64,000 nt of DNA from a virus, in IMG/VR virus record IMGVR_UViG_3300025131_000006, one strand, 5' to 3'. The position numbers and the translations under genes were made by a program. This document shows positions 1-10,400 of the stretch, piece by piece. Position 1 is the first letter of the stretch. Every line of letters starts with the position of its first letter. The notes under the pieces are model-generated. The model did not search any database. It was not told the DNA's origin and saw nothing but the letters and a program-made list of their open reading frames with translations.

Positions 1-163
1 CTTGAGTTCGTTGGCGGAGTTGAAGGTTGTTGTGAGCGGTGCGATACCGTCCACGGTCACAGTGCTGCCAGACTCAAAGTTTTCGCCTTGCACCAATATG
101 GTTGCCGAGGTGAGTTGGGGAGCGGTGGGGTGCCGCAGGCTGTGGATAATAGGGAAAACAGGT

Positions 164-844
164 CTACTCATGATCGATGTCCTCGGCATCTATGATTTCG
201 GAAGTTCTGCCCGAAAAGTCGGAGAGGTCAAGCTCTCCGGCTTCGTCTGTCAGGGGTTGCAACTCAGGGGTTGGCTCATTCACCTCAGTGGGAATCAGGC
301 TTAAGGTGTCTGCTGTGATGGGCGGCAGGCTGTGGTAGTTTTTGTCTGTGGGCATCATGTCCATGAGTTCTTCTGCGGGAACCCCCATGCGTTGACTTAG
401 CACATCAAAGGTCATGGCGTCCAATGCAGCGACGTTGAATTCAGCACTCATGAAGACAGACGGACCTCCACCGAGAGAGTGTTTGTGATCGTATTGCTTG
501 GGTTCGACGTGCAGCATTCCACGATCGCTCAGGAAGCTGGCCTCGTCTTTGTTGATTTGTAGCATCAGCTTCATGGCACGTGCTTTGTCGGATGGAGTAT
601 GGGAGGTCCGGTACATCGACCAGGTCTCTTCGCGGAGAGCCCTGAACCGGGACATTGCGATGGCGACATAGTCTTCGTTTTGGATCGCGGATATGGCGGT
701 TTTGGCCTCTTCAGCGAACTCCGTCAGGTATCCACGCACTGTTGATACGTTGAGGCCCATGATCATCGCGATCTCGGCTTCTGATATGCCGCGTACGCTC
801 ATGGCAAAGGCTTGTCTTTTTCTTTCTTCGGATTCCATGGACAT
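164..844 (-). CDS. HTH DNA-binding protein, possible terminase small subunit
   Basis: N-terminal HTH (SEAEIAMIMGLNVSTVRGYL), helical middle, acidic tail; GGAG SD before ATG 844; upstream of portal. Confidence 0.5.
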   Translation of the reverse strand: MSMESEERKRQAFAMSVRGISEAEIAMIMGLNVSTVRGYLTEFAEEAKTAISAIQNEDYVAIAMSRFRALREETWSMYRTSHTPSDKARAMKLMLQINKDEASFLSDRGMLHVEPKQYDHKHSLGGGPSVFMSAEFNVAALDAMTFDVLSQRMGVPAEELMDMMPTDKNYHSLPPITADTLSLIPTEVNEPTPELQPLTDEAGELDLSDFSGRTSEIIDAEDIDHE

Positions 845-919
845 AGGTTTTCTCCGCAATGCAGTCTGGGTGAATGTTACTCTGCTCCAGAAAATATCTC
901 AACCAACGCATGTGAAAAA

Positions 920-934
920 ATTTAGTCACTAAAC
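920..934. repeat. 15-bp palindrome site 1
   Basis: ATTTAGTCACTAAAC, between divergent HTH and ParB-like genes. Confidence 0.8.
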
Positions 935-1031
935 GTTCAGATAGGAAATCAGCGTGTATATATATACTGCGAACGAAGACAAGCGTCGTTGATGTTGTGT
1001 CAACACAAACAGTCCTGTGTCAGGAGCGGAT

Positions 1032-2114
1032 ATGTCGAAAAAGAAAGCCGAAGAGTCTGTGGCCCCGTCGGGGTTGATGACAGACGCCGATGTTTTGTAC
1101 CTCCCGAAAGTGGATGGTCAGTCCTTTACGCAAGCACAGATCCCGTGGGTTCGCATTGAGCAGCACCCGGACTTTCCCAATTCTCGCGAAAGCTTGGGTG
1201 ATGTCCGGGGGTTGGAGGCCGGGATTGACGAGTTGGGGTTAGAGAGCCCGATCGTCGTGTGGCGGCAAGTCGAGGAGGGAGAGCCCGATCGCTTCTTTCT
1301 GATCAGTGGGTTCCGACGTCACCACGCTCTGCAAAACCTCGCAGCGGAAGATCCTGTTGGTTTCAACAATGTGTTTCCGCGAATCCCTGTGCATATCTTC
1401 GAGGGAAAGGTGGACGATGCGATGTTCCACAACTTGAGCGAAAACTCGAATCGCTCTAACCCTAACATGGTCGAGTTTGGGTTGTACGTCGATCGCTTGA
1501 TCGCACGAGGGCACAGGCAGGCTGAGATCGCCGAGCGAGTGGGTCGATCCAAGGGATGGGTGAGCGGTTGCCGAAAGTTCGCGACCTCCAAAGAAGTCCA
1601 CCCGGACACACGGATGGCGATTCGAAACGGAGTGATCGATTACAATATGGGGTATCGTCTGTCGCGAAAGCCGCTCAAGGATCAGCAGGCTTTCATCAGC
1701 GAGCTTACGGCACTGATCAAGGAGTTCGGAGAGGACGCACCAGAGGTTCGCGAGAAGAAAAAGTCGGCCAAGGCTGCTGCGACTACTACGAAGCCGCGTG
1801 GTCGATTGGCATTGCGGCGTCAGTTGGCCTTGATCTCCGAAATGGACTTGTCGGAACACGACAGGGCCTTGGATACGCTGTGGGACGGGTTGGACAAGGA
1901 TGACCGATCCCTGCTGGCTCTGGTCATGGAAATGGTTCACTATTTTGGTGTGATCAAGGGACTCACGTACGCCGACGGTTTCGACATCGATTGGGAGAAG
2001 TCAAGACCTCCGTTTGTGATCGAACCGGATGCCTTGGACATCACGACTGTGGTGAGTGAGGATGGAGCGACGAGTACACCGTATGTTCCCCCGAAGGAGG
2101 CGAAAGAAGCCTAA
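1032..2114 (+). CDS. ParB/Spo0J-like protein (ParB N-terminal domain + HTH)
   Basis: GLESPIVV, ISGFRRHHAL (ParB GxRR box), NLSENSNRSN, HTH QAEIAERVGRSKGWVS; AGGAG SD. Confidence 0.85.
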   Translation: MSKKKAEESVAPSGLMTDADVLYLPKVDGQSFTQAQIPWVRIEQHPDFPNSRESLGDVRGLEAGIDELGLESPIVVWRQVEEGEPDRFFLISGFRRHHALQNLAAEDPVGFNNVFPRIPVHIFEGKVDDAMFHNLSENSNRSNPNMVEFGLYVDRLIARGHRQAEIAERVGRSKGWVSGCRKFATSKEVHPDTRMAIRNGVIDYNMGYRLSRKPLKDQQAFISELTALIKEFGEDAPEVREKKKSAKAAATTTKPRGRLALRRQLALISEMDLSEHDRALDTLWDGLDKDDRSLLALVMEMVHYFGVIKGLTYADGFDIDWEKSRPPFVIEPDALDITTVVSEDGATSTPYVPPKEAKEA

Positions 2115-2506
2115 TGGCAGAGCAAGGCAAGGCTGTCGCAGCGGTTATCCCTGTGACAGATGCGTGGAATGCTGTCGTGTTGGAAGACGGAAACGTTTTA
2201 ATGCAGCACCGAATGGCATTTATCCAAGGCACCCCGGACTATGTGGATTTGAGTGACCCAAGTGAGCATGACCAACTTGTATTGGAGGAGCTTCAAAAGA
2301 TGGACTCCGAGCGAGTGTTGGTTCGATGTCTGTACTTGGGAGAGGATGGTTCGGTATCTTACGATGTTCACGGGGTCTCGCCTATGGGGATTCCGGTAGA
2401 TCCGTTCACGGCGTTGGGCTCAGCAGGACCAAGTGCGGGTCGGTATATCCGGCGAGAGCAGCGTAATTTTGAGACATCTCATGTCATGGTGCCAGATTCA
2501 ACGTAG
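2114..2506 (+). CDS. hypothetical protein
   Basis: TAATG coupling to ParB-like gene. Confidence 0.6.
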   Translation: MAEQGKAVAAVIPVTDAWNAVVLEDGNVLMQHRMAFIQGTPDYVDLSDPSEHDQLVLEELQKMDSERVLVRCLYLGEDGSVSYDVHGVSPMGIPVDPFTALGSAGPSAGRYIRREQRNFETSHVMVPDST

Positions 2507-2626
2507 AGGTGTAGGTTTCCCCAAGAGAGGGGGTCTCTTGGGGATAACTCTTGTTGAATTCGTGGTTTTCGTGTACGCTTCTGTGTAAAAGGAGCCCGTT
2601 TTATCAGGGCAGCACAGGAGAGCATT

Positions 2627-3328
2627 ATGCGAAAAAGCCAATTAGCTTCAAAACAAGGTCTTCCTCCCGGAGCGGGGATTGCCCCGCCTGCCGCGTTGCA
2701 GGCGGTTCGCGAGTTCATGCCAGGGCATGACGCCGTTGCGGTTCAATCGAACAACCAAGACGCCACTTTGGCGAATGCGATTGACAATATGCCGGGTCGG
2801 CAGATGAGTCGAGAAGACCGAATGGACCGTCGAGCAGAAGGTGTTCGTCAAGACGCAGCACATTTGCGTCGTGAGACGAACACGGGTGCGACGCATCGCC
2901 GCAGTCGATACAAAGGTCGAACTGCCGAGTATGGGACCGCAGCGGAGCGATTTGCTCGCCGTGCGGCCCAAAATCAATCAACACTCGATACCCACCAGGC
3001 GTTCTACGAAGGCGGCGAAGTCGAGGAGGTCGAACAGGGTTCGGTGGATATGGTTCCGTTTGTGTCGGGCGAGGTCACGGCAGAGCAGCAGCAAAACCTG
3101 CAAGATGAAGCCGCTTCTCTGAATATCTCGGCGGCCGATCGGTTTGCGAGTCGGGTGAAGTCGAAAGACTCTCTTGGTTCTCGGCGTCGTCGGAATCGCG
3201 ATGCACTGCGGGCCGAGATGGAAGCGGATGGACTTTTGGAACCGGAAGCGTCTTCCGGAGAGTCCTCCTCTGAGTCGAACTCTGAGATCGCGGGCCAAGA
3301 GTTGAAGGCAATACCTTCCTTGCTTTAG
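2627..3328 (+). CDS. hypothetical protein
   Basis: 233-aa ORF with AGGAG SD. Confidence 0.65.
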   Translation: MRKSQLASKQGLPPGAGIAPPAALQAVREFMPGHDAVAVQSNNQDATLANAIDNMPGRQMSREDRMDRRAEGVRQDAAHLRRETNTGATHRRSRYKGRTAEYGTAAERFARRAAQNQSTLDTHQAFYEGGEVEEVEQGSVDMVPFVSGEVTAEQQQNLQDEAASLNISAADRFASRVKSKDSLGSRRRRNRDALRAEMEADGLLEPEASSGESSSESNSEIAGQELKAIPSLL

Positions 3329-3334
3329 GGTTGT

Positions 3335-3349
3335 GTTCAGTCACTAAAC
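3335..3349. repeat. 15-bp palindrome site 2
   Basis: GTTCAGTCACTAAAC, intergenic. Confidence 0.9.
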
Positions 3350-3402
3350 TCTTTCGGCAGATTTGATTTCTCTGACTTCTCTTTGTTCCAAGGGGCACTC
3401 CG

Positions 3403-4197
3403 ATGTCAAAGCAGGGGCAGCAGGCATTCCCGGTCGTTCGGGATCGCGAAACATCGGGCAATAGCACAGGTGGTGTTGCACCTCCGGGGTACGGAGCGCA
3501 CGACAAAGAAGATCATTTGTGGATTATTCCCAAGTTCGCGATCCACCCGATCACAAAGAGGTTGGAGGCCACGGCAGGGTTGTTTTATCGAATGTGGCCA
3601 GAGCATGTCTCTGCGTTGTTGGAGATGCGTGACGAGGGATGGCCGCACATTGAGATTGTTCGAGTTGCCAAGGAGTTCTGGGGTCGTCAACAAGAGGCGT
3701 ATCAGAAAGATGAAGCCTTGGTGCAGCAGTACAAAGAGCAGTCTCACTCGCAGCGAATGCAGGAAGGGCAGAATTTGCAGGCGGGTGCAGCAGGTCTGTT
3801 GCCACCGGAAGTGGCACAGCAGATGGAGCAGGGACAGGAAGATCCCGAATTGCAACGCAGCTTATCTTTAATGCCGACGTCGGAGTATCGTCGGGCGTTG
3901 GCAGAGTATAAAGATAAGCATAGCCAGGGTCGTCGGCACGGTCGGCGTCCGCCATTTACACGAAGTCAGCGAGGTTCTGCCATGGAAACGATGACACGAA
4001 GACAGCACCGTTCATGGGGGAGGGGTGGTGGTTTCGCTGTTCTGACCAAAGCAGATGTCACCGGGGAAGAGGTCGATACGCCGAAAAGATTGCGCGATAA
4101 GCGCGAGATGTCTTTTACGCGAAAAGATACAGGCGTGGCGAATGCTGCGTTCTCGGCACCGTCTGACTCAAATGTTGATCATCGAGGTACGTCGTGA
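3403..4197 (+). CDS. hypothetical protein (carries GGFAVLTKA motif variant)
   Basis: 264-aa ORF, GTGA overlap with portal start. Confidence 0.65.
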   Translation: MSKQGQQAFPVVRDRETSGNSTGGVAPPGYGAHDKEDHLWIIPKFAIHPITKRLEATAGLFYRMWPEHVSALLEMRDEGWPHIEIVRVAKEFWGRQQEAYQKDEALVQQYKEQSHSQRMQEGQNLQAGAAGLLPPEVAQQMEQGQEDPELQRSLSLMPTSEYRRALAEYKDKHSQGRRHGRRPPFTRSQRGSAMETMTRRQHRSWGRGGGFAVLTKADVTGEEVDTPKRLRDKREMSFTRKDTGVANAAFSAPSDSNVDHRGTS

Positions 4198-7100
4198 GTC
4201 TGTCGAGTTTCTATACGAATTCGGGAAAAGCACAGACGATGACGGAGGCTCCTGTCAGGAGAGCTTCTATTGTTGCTCCAGGGTTGCCGGTTGTGTCGGG
4301 TGGCAGTAAGGGGCAACCCATTGTTAATGATGGACTCCGTTTAGTTGGAGGGTTGGATGTGTTGTCTACGAATTTGGGTATGGAGCCCGGATTCAAGGCT
4401 GCTAAGAGCCATGGAGCTTCGCAACAACTCAAGCGTCTCCCCGCAACAACAGACCTCACAGCGGCTCGCGGCCCGCGAGCACGCTTCTTTGACCCTCTTT
4501 CCTTGGTCTATGCTTCAGGGTATCGCGATCGTCGCTTCAGCTTGACCTATGACACGATACGCCGAACGGTGTATCAGTTGTCATTATTGGGCTCTATTAT
4601 CCTGACGCGGATCTACCAGGTTGCTTCGTTTGCACAGCCGTATCGCGAGAACCAACAGATTGGCTTCAAAATTGGCTACAAGGACGACACGTATATTCCG
4701 CGAGAAGAGCAGCGTCGCGAGATAGTCGAGCTGGAGAGGATGGTTATGGCGTGTGGGTTTGATCGGAACCCACACAACACGGAGCCTCGCGATGACTTTG
4801 AGACATTCTTGAAGAAAATCACCCGCGACTCTTTGCAGTTTGATCAGATGTGTGCCGTTAAAGGCACTTGGGTTGAGCTTGCTGATGGTACAGGAGTTCC
4901 CGTTGAGTGTATTGAATCTGGAATGGTGGTGCGCTCTCACAATGGGGTGGAGCGAGAAGTTATCCATCCCACCTCACGGCTCTATTCAGGTGAGATGGTT
5001 GAGATTCAGGTGCGAGGACAACGGTTAAATGTGACCACAGGCCATCCTTTGTTGGTGGCAAAGAGGTCTTCGGTTGATGGAAACGCGGTGGCTTTCAAAG
5101 AGCCTGAGTGGATCGCCGCTGGCGAAGTGACAGATCGGGATTACGCACTCTACCCAAGACCGCTCTTGGGCAGAGAAGATATATCCTTGGATGTATTCGC
5201 CCAAGAGCCAAGGAAATTCCCTGTTGGCCCAATGGATCGTTTAGTGGAGTTGGCTGATTGTCATCCAAAAACGGCCAGAGATATTCTTTCGGGAACGTAC
5301 AAGAAGAATGGGCTACTTGTTGCCGAGGTGAAGGCACTTGCCAAAGAGCTTGGTGTCTCTATGGAGTACAAGAGAACTTGGCAACCTAAGACGGAATTGA
5401 CGACTGCTTGGGGAAGGTTTCTTGGGTTGTATTGTGCTGAAGGGCATGTGCAGGGTACATCGGTACGTTTGACATTCCATGAAGACGAAGCGGGTCTCGT
5501 TGAATTCGTCCGAAGCTTTGGTTCACTGTATGGTATCGAAAGTTCAGTCACTGAATATCTTGACCGTGCAGGAGTAACGGTTATTCTTTACTCTTCTGCA
5601 CTCGCTGAGTTTTTGAAAAATCATTGTGGTACAGGCTCCAGCGAAAAGAGAGTCCCATCATTCATACTTGGTGCTCAGAAGATGGTGAAGGAGCATTTTC
5701 TTTTGGGTTACTTGGAGGGTGATGGTCATCTCAAAAAGACAACAGCCCACTTCACCACGACCTCACGCAATTTGTTTACAGGTCTTCGCCTTCTCTTTGC
5801 GGATCAGGGCATCTATGTTGCAGAGGTGAAAGTACCCTCTGCAAGAGAACAGTGGGACGAACAATATGCTGGTTCGTTGTCAGGCCCGGCTTATCGAACG
5901 TTGGCTCGGAGTTTGGGTTTACCTGTGGAGGAACCCAGTAAAGAGCGCAAGTCGTACCATGTGGGAGAGAAGTTCTTTTATGTGAAGGTCTCTGCTGTTC
6001 GCAAGTACGAAGTGGAGAACTTGCGTGTCTTCAATATGGAGGTGGAGGAAGACCACAGCTACGTGGCAGAGGGAATTGTCAACCACAATTGTTTTGAGAT
6101 CGTGCCCGATTCGAAGGGCCGACCTGCTGAGTTCCACGCAGTAGACGCAGCAACGATCCGCTTGGCGGCAACGTACGACAACCACAAACCAGGTAAGGCT
6201 CCTCGCAAGTTTCATTCGGCAGAGTTCTCCGAAGATTGGAAGCAAGAGCGGGACTTGGGCGAAGACTTTGTGGTGCAAGATGACCAGATTCAGACGGTCC
6301 AGGTCATTCACGGGAAGATCGAAAACATCTTCACTGCCGGAGACATGGCGTTTGGGATTCGCAATCCGAGGTCGGATCTGTGGGTCAACGGATATGGTTT
6401 CTCCGAGACAGAGATGTGCTTGAGCACGGTTTTGCGAATGCTGTGGTCCGAAGAGTATAACGCTCGAAACTTCCGCCAGGGGAACATGAGCGGTGGCTTC
6501 TTGAACCTGAAAGGGGAGACGTACGATCCCGGAACCATCGAGACTTTTAAGCGGGTCATTCGTGCGAATGCATTGGGGTGGGAGAACGCACACCGCGTGC
6601 CTATCTTGCAGATCCCTGAAGGCATCGAGTTCGTCAATCTCCAGCGAGGCAATCGCGAGATGGAGTATGGTCGTTGGCAAGAGTATTTGCTGAAGATCAT
6701 CTCTGGCGTTTACCAAATCGACCCGGCTGAGATCAACTTTGATATTGGGAAAGCAAGCTCCCAAGGCCAGCCGATGTTCGAGAACAAGGCTGAATGGAAA
6801 ATCAAGTATTCGAAAGACAAGGGATTGCGACCGCTTTTGCGTTTCTTGGCTCGGCAGATTTCGAAGTACATCATTGAGCCCCTGAACCCCGATCTGTATT
6901 TCGATTTCGTGGGCTTGGACAAGATGAGCGAGCCGGAAAGGATCGATCTTTTGACGCGACAGGTTACGACGTATTTGACGATCAACGAAGGTCGCGAGAA
7001 AGAGGGTCGAGACCCGGTTGTCGGCGGCGACGTGATCTTGAATCCTGTTTATTTTCAAGCCAAGGCTCAAGCGGAGCAGGTTCCGATCAAGGCAGACAAT

Positions 7101-7337
7101 CCGATGGCACCGTGGGCGACATCTGGAGACGGAGACCCCTTGGAGCACGGAACGGCACCCGCTATTCCTCTTTATTTTCAGGAGGGAGGTGAGGACTTTG
7201 ATCCAGCACCACCTCCGATGGACCCCGGTGGGATGCCTCCGGGGATGGAGCCTCCGGGGGGTGGGGCGGGCATGCCAATACCCGGCATGATCGGTAGTCC
7301 CGGAGGACCAGGGCCAGGAACACCAGGGGCTATCTAA
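4194..7337 (+). CDS. portal protein (Twort/SPO1-like), intein-containing
   Basis: FLKKITRDSLQFDQ/CFEIV, FHAVDAATIRLA, FGIRNPRSD..GYGFSETE, YQIDPAEINF, SKDKGLRPLL motifs typical of Herelleviridae-like portals. Confidence 0.9.
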   Translation: MSLSSFYTNSGKAQTMTEAPVRRASIVAPGLPVVSGGSKGQPIVNDGLRLVGGLDVLSTNLGMEPGFKAAKSHGASQQLKRLPATTDLTAARGPRARFFDPLSLVYASGYRDRRFSLTYDTIRRTVYQLSLLGSIILTRIYQVASFAQPYRENQQIGFKIGYKDDTYIPREEQRREIVELERMVMACGFDRNPHNTEPRDDFETFLKKITRDSLQFDQMCAVKGTWVELADGTGVPVECIESGMVVRSHNGVEREVIHPTSRLYSGEMVEIQVRGQRLNVTTGHPLLVAKRSSVDGNAVAFKEPEWIAAGEVTDRDYALYPRPLLGREDISLDVFAQEPRKFPVGPMDRLVELADCHPKTARDILSGTYKKNGLLVAEVKALAKELGVSMEYKRTWQPKTELTTAWGRFLGLYCAEGHVQGTSVRLTFHEDEAGLVEFVRSFGSLYGIESSVTEYLDRAGVTVILYSSALAEFLKNHCGTGSSEKRVPSFILGAQKMVKEHFLLGYLEGDGHLKKTTAHFTTTSRNLFTGLRLLFADQGIYVAEVKVPSAREQWDEQYAGSLSGPAYRTLARSLGLPVEEPSKERKSYHVGEKFFYVKVSAVRKYEVENLRVFNMEVEEDHSYVAEGIVNHNCFEIVPDSKGRPAEFHAVDAATIRLAATYDNHKPGKAPRKFHSAEFSEDWKQERDLGEDFVVQDDQIQTVQVIHGKIENIFTAGDMAFGIRNPRSDLWVNGYGFSETEMCLSTVLRMLWSEEYNARNFRQGNMSGGFLNLKGETYDPGTIETFKRVIRANALGWENAHRVPILQIPEGIEFVNLQRGNREMEYGRWQEYLLKIISGVYQIDPAEINFDIGKASSQGQPMFENKAEWKIKYSKDKGLRPLLRFLARQISKYIIEPLNPDLYFDFVGLDKMSEPERIDLLTRQVTTYLTINEGREKEGRDPVVGGDVILNPVYFQAKAQAEQVPIKADNPMAPWATSGDGDPLEHGTAPAIPLYFQEGGEDFDPAPPPMDPGGMPPGMEPPGGGAGMPIPGMIGSPGGPGPGTPGAI
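4851..6089 (+). mobile_element. intein with LAGLIDADG homing endonuclease in portal
   Basis: Starts C1 (CAVKGTWV), block B TTGHPLL, LAGLIDADG blocks FLGLYCAEG and FLLGYLEGDG, ends VNHN followed by Cys+1; 413 aa. Confidence 0.93.
5542..5556. repeat. 15-bp palindrome site 3
   Basis: GTTCAGTCACTGAAT, inside intein (SSVTEY). Confidence 0.85.
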
Positions 7338-7380
7338 TGTGGGCTGATTTGTGATATAGAACAAATGGGTCCAGCGGATT

Positions 7381-7395
7381 GTTCAGTAGCTGAAC
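7381..7395. repeat. 15-bp palindrome site 4
   Basis: GTTCAGTAGCTGAAC, intergenic. Confidence 0.85.
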
Positions 7396-7416
7396 TTTTT
7401 TTGCCGGGAGTGTGGC

Positions 7417-10400
7417 ATGTCGTCGAAGTTGCAAAAGTCGTTATTGGCGAATCAGGTAGCCAACATGGTGGGGCGTCGTCGCTCTGTAGGAGTGTTGCAA
7501 GAGCAGACTCCCCAATGGGGTACTCCTTTTGCGGGTTCGGACGAAAATCAACCAAAGGGTCGATTTTTTGGCACAGACGGATGGCGACAAAGTCACAAGA
7601 TAACGGACGAAGAGCTTCGGAAGGCGAGTGATGATTCCGGGTTCGGTGATCCAAGGGAGGCTCCTGGGCAACAAGCTCAGGATAACCGTTCTCCCGAAGA
7701 GAGGTTAGCTGGAGCCAAGGCCAATATTCGCAGTAGAGGGGTCTCTGCTGTTGTGGGGGCAGCCCAGCGAGGAAAAGAATTGGGCCAAAAGATGGCCACC
7801 GCTTTGATGGATACGAGTGGTTCTGGGTTAGCAAGTGTCGCGACAGGAGCTTTACCGGGTGCGGTGAGTTCTTTGGCTGGCACGGCGTCGCGGGCTTCCC
7901 AAAGAAAACAAGCGGACATCTCCGACGCTGCGACGATACGAAGGCTGAAGCCTCGACATTCGTCTCCGCAGGGAGCACAGGCAGATGGCAGCAAGCCTCG
8001 ACATTCGTCTCCGCAGGGAGCACAGGCAGATGGCAGCAAGCCTTCTGGCGGGTTTGGCCTTACGGTGACCAGGGGGGAGATGCCTCGTGAGAGTGGACTC
8101 ACGATTCCGAGTATCCCGGCAGTTCCCGATCCAAATTGGGGTGGCGGGACTTCTCTGGAGGGTATGGGCTCTGGATTTGGAGTCGTATCCAAGTCAAAAA
8201 AAAAAAGCCTAGATTTGCTGGATGAGTGTGGTTTCGGGTTGCTCTGTTCTTACGAGTACGACGTCCCATTCTTGATTAAAAGTCAGCAGGATGACCCGTC
8301 TGCGCCTGTTCCCAAGGTTGCAGGCCATTTTTTGACAGGGGCACCGAATCCGTATTCGGGAGACGAGGAGCACTTTCACCCGCGTCGTGAGCATTTCGAT
8401 AGTATGATCTCCCACGCAGCAGTGGGCAGGAGAGACGAGGCAGAGTCGTTAGCTCGTCGGCACGTGGCGGACCATAGTGCTGATTTCTCTCCAGAACAAC
8501 GTGACCACTCCTCGCAATCCCATCACAGGCACGCACAGAAGCTGCGTTCAGAGATTGGGGATTATCACCCCGGAGAGCACGGTCCTATTGATCCCAACGA
8601 TGATCAGTTTAAGAAGTGGTCATTGATGCATTTTCACGGAACGGCGGCTCGCGAGCATCACGATCAGGCGTATCACGAGAGACGTGCAAAAAGAATCGCA
8701 GGAGACGCTGAACGTCGCGGTGAGGTGTTGGATAACGAGGGTTTGTTACGTCGCTTGGAAGATGAGATCCACTCACTGTCTCACAGTGCGACAGGAAATC
8801 TTCATGGAGCGGTGGGGCTCTTGCGCGATGCGATGGAACACGCTGGCTCCTTAATGACAGGGAGAACGGACAGCGCGGGTGCTGATATGTTGGTGCGGCT
8901 CCGACAGTCGATGGGAGCCTTGGCAGAGCACATGGGCCTCAAGAGAAAGTTGCCGGATGATCTAGACTTGCTGCTGCATTCAGATGACAAGCATTGGGAT
9001 CGTCTTGTCAAAGAGATTAAGTCGAGCACGCCGAACACGTTGGGCTTACCACACAGGCGAGGACTTAATGCGATCAACTTGTTGACCGAGGGTCAGTTTG
9101 CAGCCGTTCGAGACCCCCGGAACTATTCGTCGGAGCACGCAGCCAAGCCGCTGCGTGGATTGCATTTAGCGGGGGGCTCTCGGTACAAGCCTGATGCGTC
9201 CAGAGGGGCATACGAGGATGCTCATCGTGTTTGTGTGGGGTTGGCCCGCCGGGACTATCAGGGACATATTTCGCGCGGCCTGCGTCTCCCGCAGGATGTT
9301 ATAGGGGCGATGGCCGAGGGAGAGACGGTTCCCTTGAATGCTGTATCCTCGTGGACGGACGATCATCACATCGCTTGGGGGTTTGCGGATCGTCCTGCTC
9401 GCAGAGACGGAAGTGGACGGATGACTTCAGAGGAGGCCGACGCGATCGGCCCGCGTGTTGTCTTGCGTATCCCGGAGGCACGGTGGGGAACACCCATTTC
9501 TGACTTGAGCACTTGGAAGAACACAGAGCGGGAGATATTGTCGGGTGGAGAGGCGACGATTCGATCGGTAGAGAAGAAAGACCACGCGACGGGAGAATAT
9601 TACGAGATTGTGTTGGACCACTCCAAGAGACCGCAAGTTCTGGAGGAGTTCCGAGACAGTCCTTTCTCGACTCGTGCTCGCGTTCAACACTTGAGGTTGG
9701 ATGAGTTACCCGAAGACGGTCGCCGTTTGCGAGTTGCCGGTGACAAGCCTGGTGGTGCTCATAAAGGGGCTGTTGTGGAGCATCCAGATATGCCCAACCG
9801 CTCTTTCTTGTTGAAGCCTGTTCGGAGTGCTCCAAAGGCATTGGGAGAGGTTGCAGGATCGCAGATTGCGGCTCGCATATTGGGAGAGCATGCTGTCCCG
9901 GCCAAGCTGATCTCCACGCAAGAGTCCCATAAGAAGATTCGTCGATTGGGTTACAAAGGGGCACCGCCCGTATCCGTGATCCAAGAGATGGTAAAGAACG
10001 GTGGAGCACTGCCAAAAGATAAAAAGGGCATTGTTTCGTTGCCGAGTGGTATTCATACGGACCTTCTTGCTTCCATGGTGGCGAATTGGGTGATCGGTGA
10101 CCATGATGCCCACGGTGCTCAGTATTTAATGTCTCCGGGTGGGGATAGCGCGGTTCGGGTGGACTTCGGGCAGAGCTATAAGCACTTGCATTCTGATAGG
10201 CTGGACACACACTACCATCCAAATGCAGCGTACGGAGAGTCGAAGCCAGCACCCATGTTGCTGTTGGAGGCATTCCGAGATGGAGAGGTGGATTTAGACT
10301 TTGGGCACCCCAAGATTGAGGCAGCCATTTCGCGGGCCGAGCGTATTTCGGATGTGGAGTTGAGCGAAATGATCAAGGATTACGCAGAGGCGGTCTCTCA

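Noticed and set aside
5919-7364. 481-aa minus-strand ORF
   Set aside because: Antisense shadow of the portal gene; no motifs.
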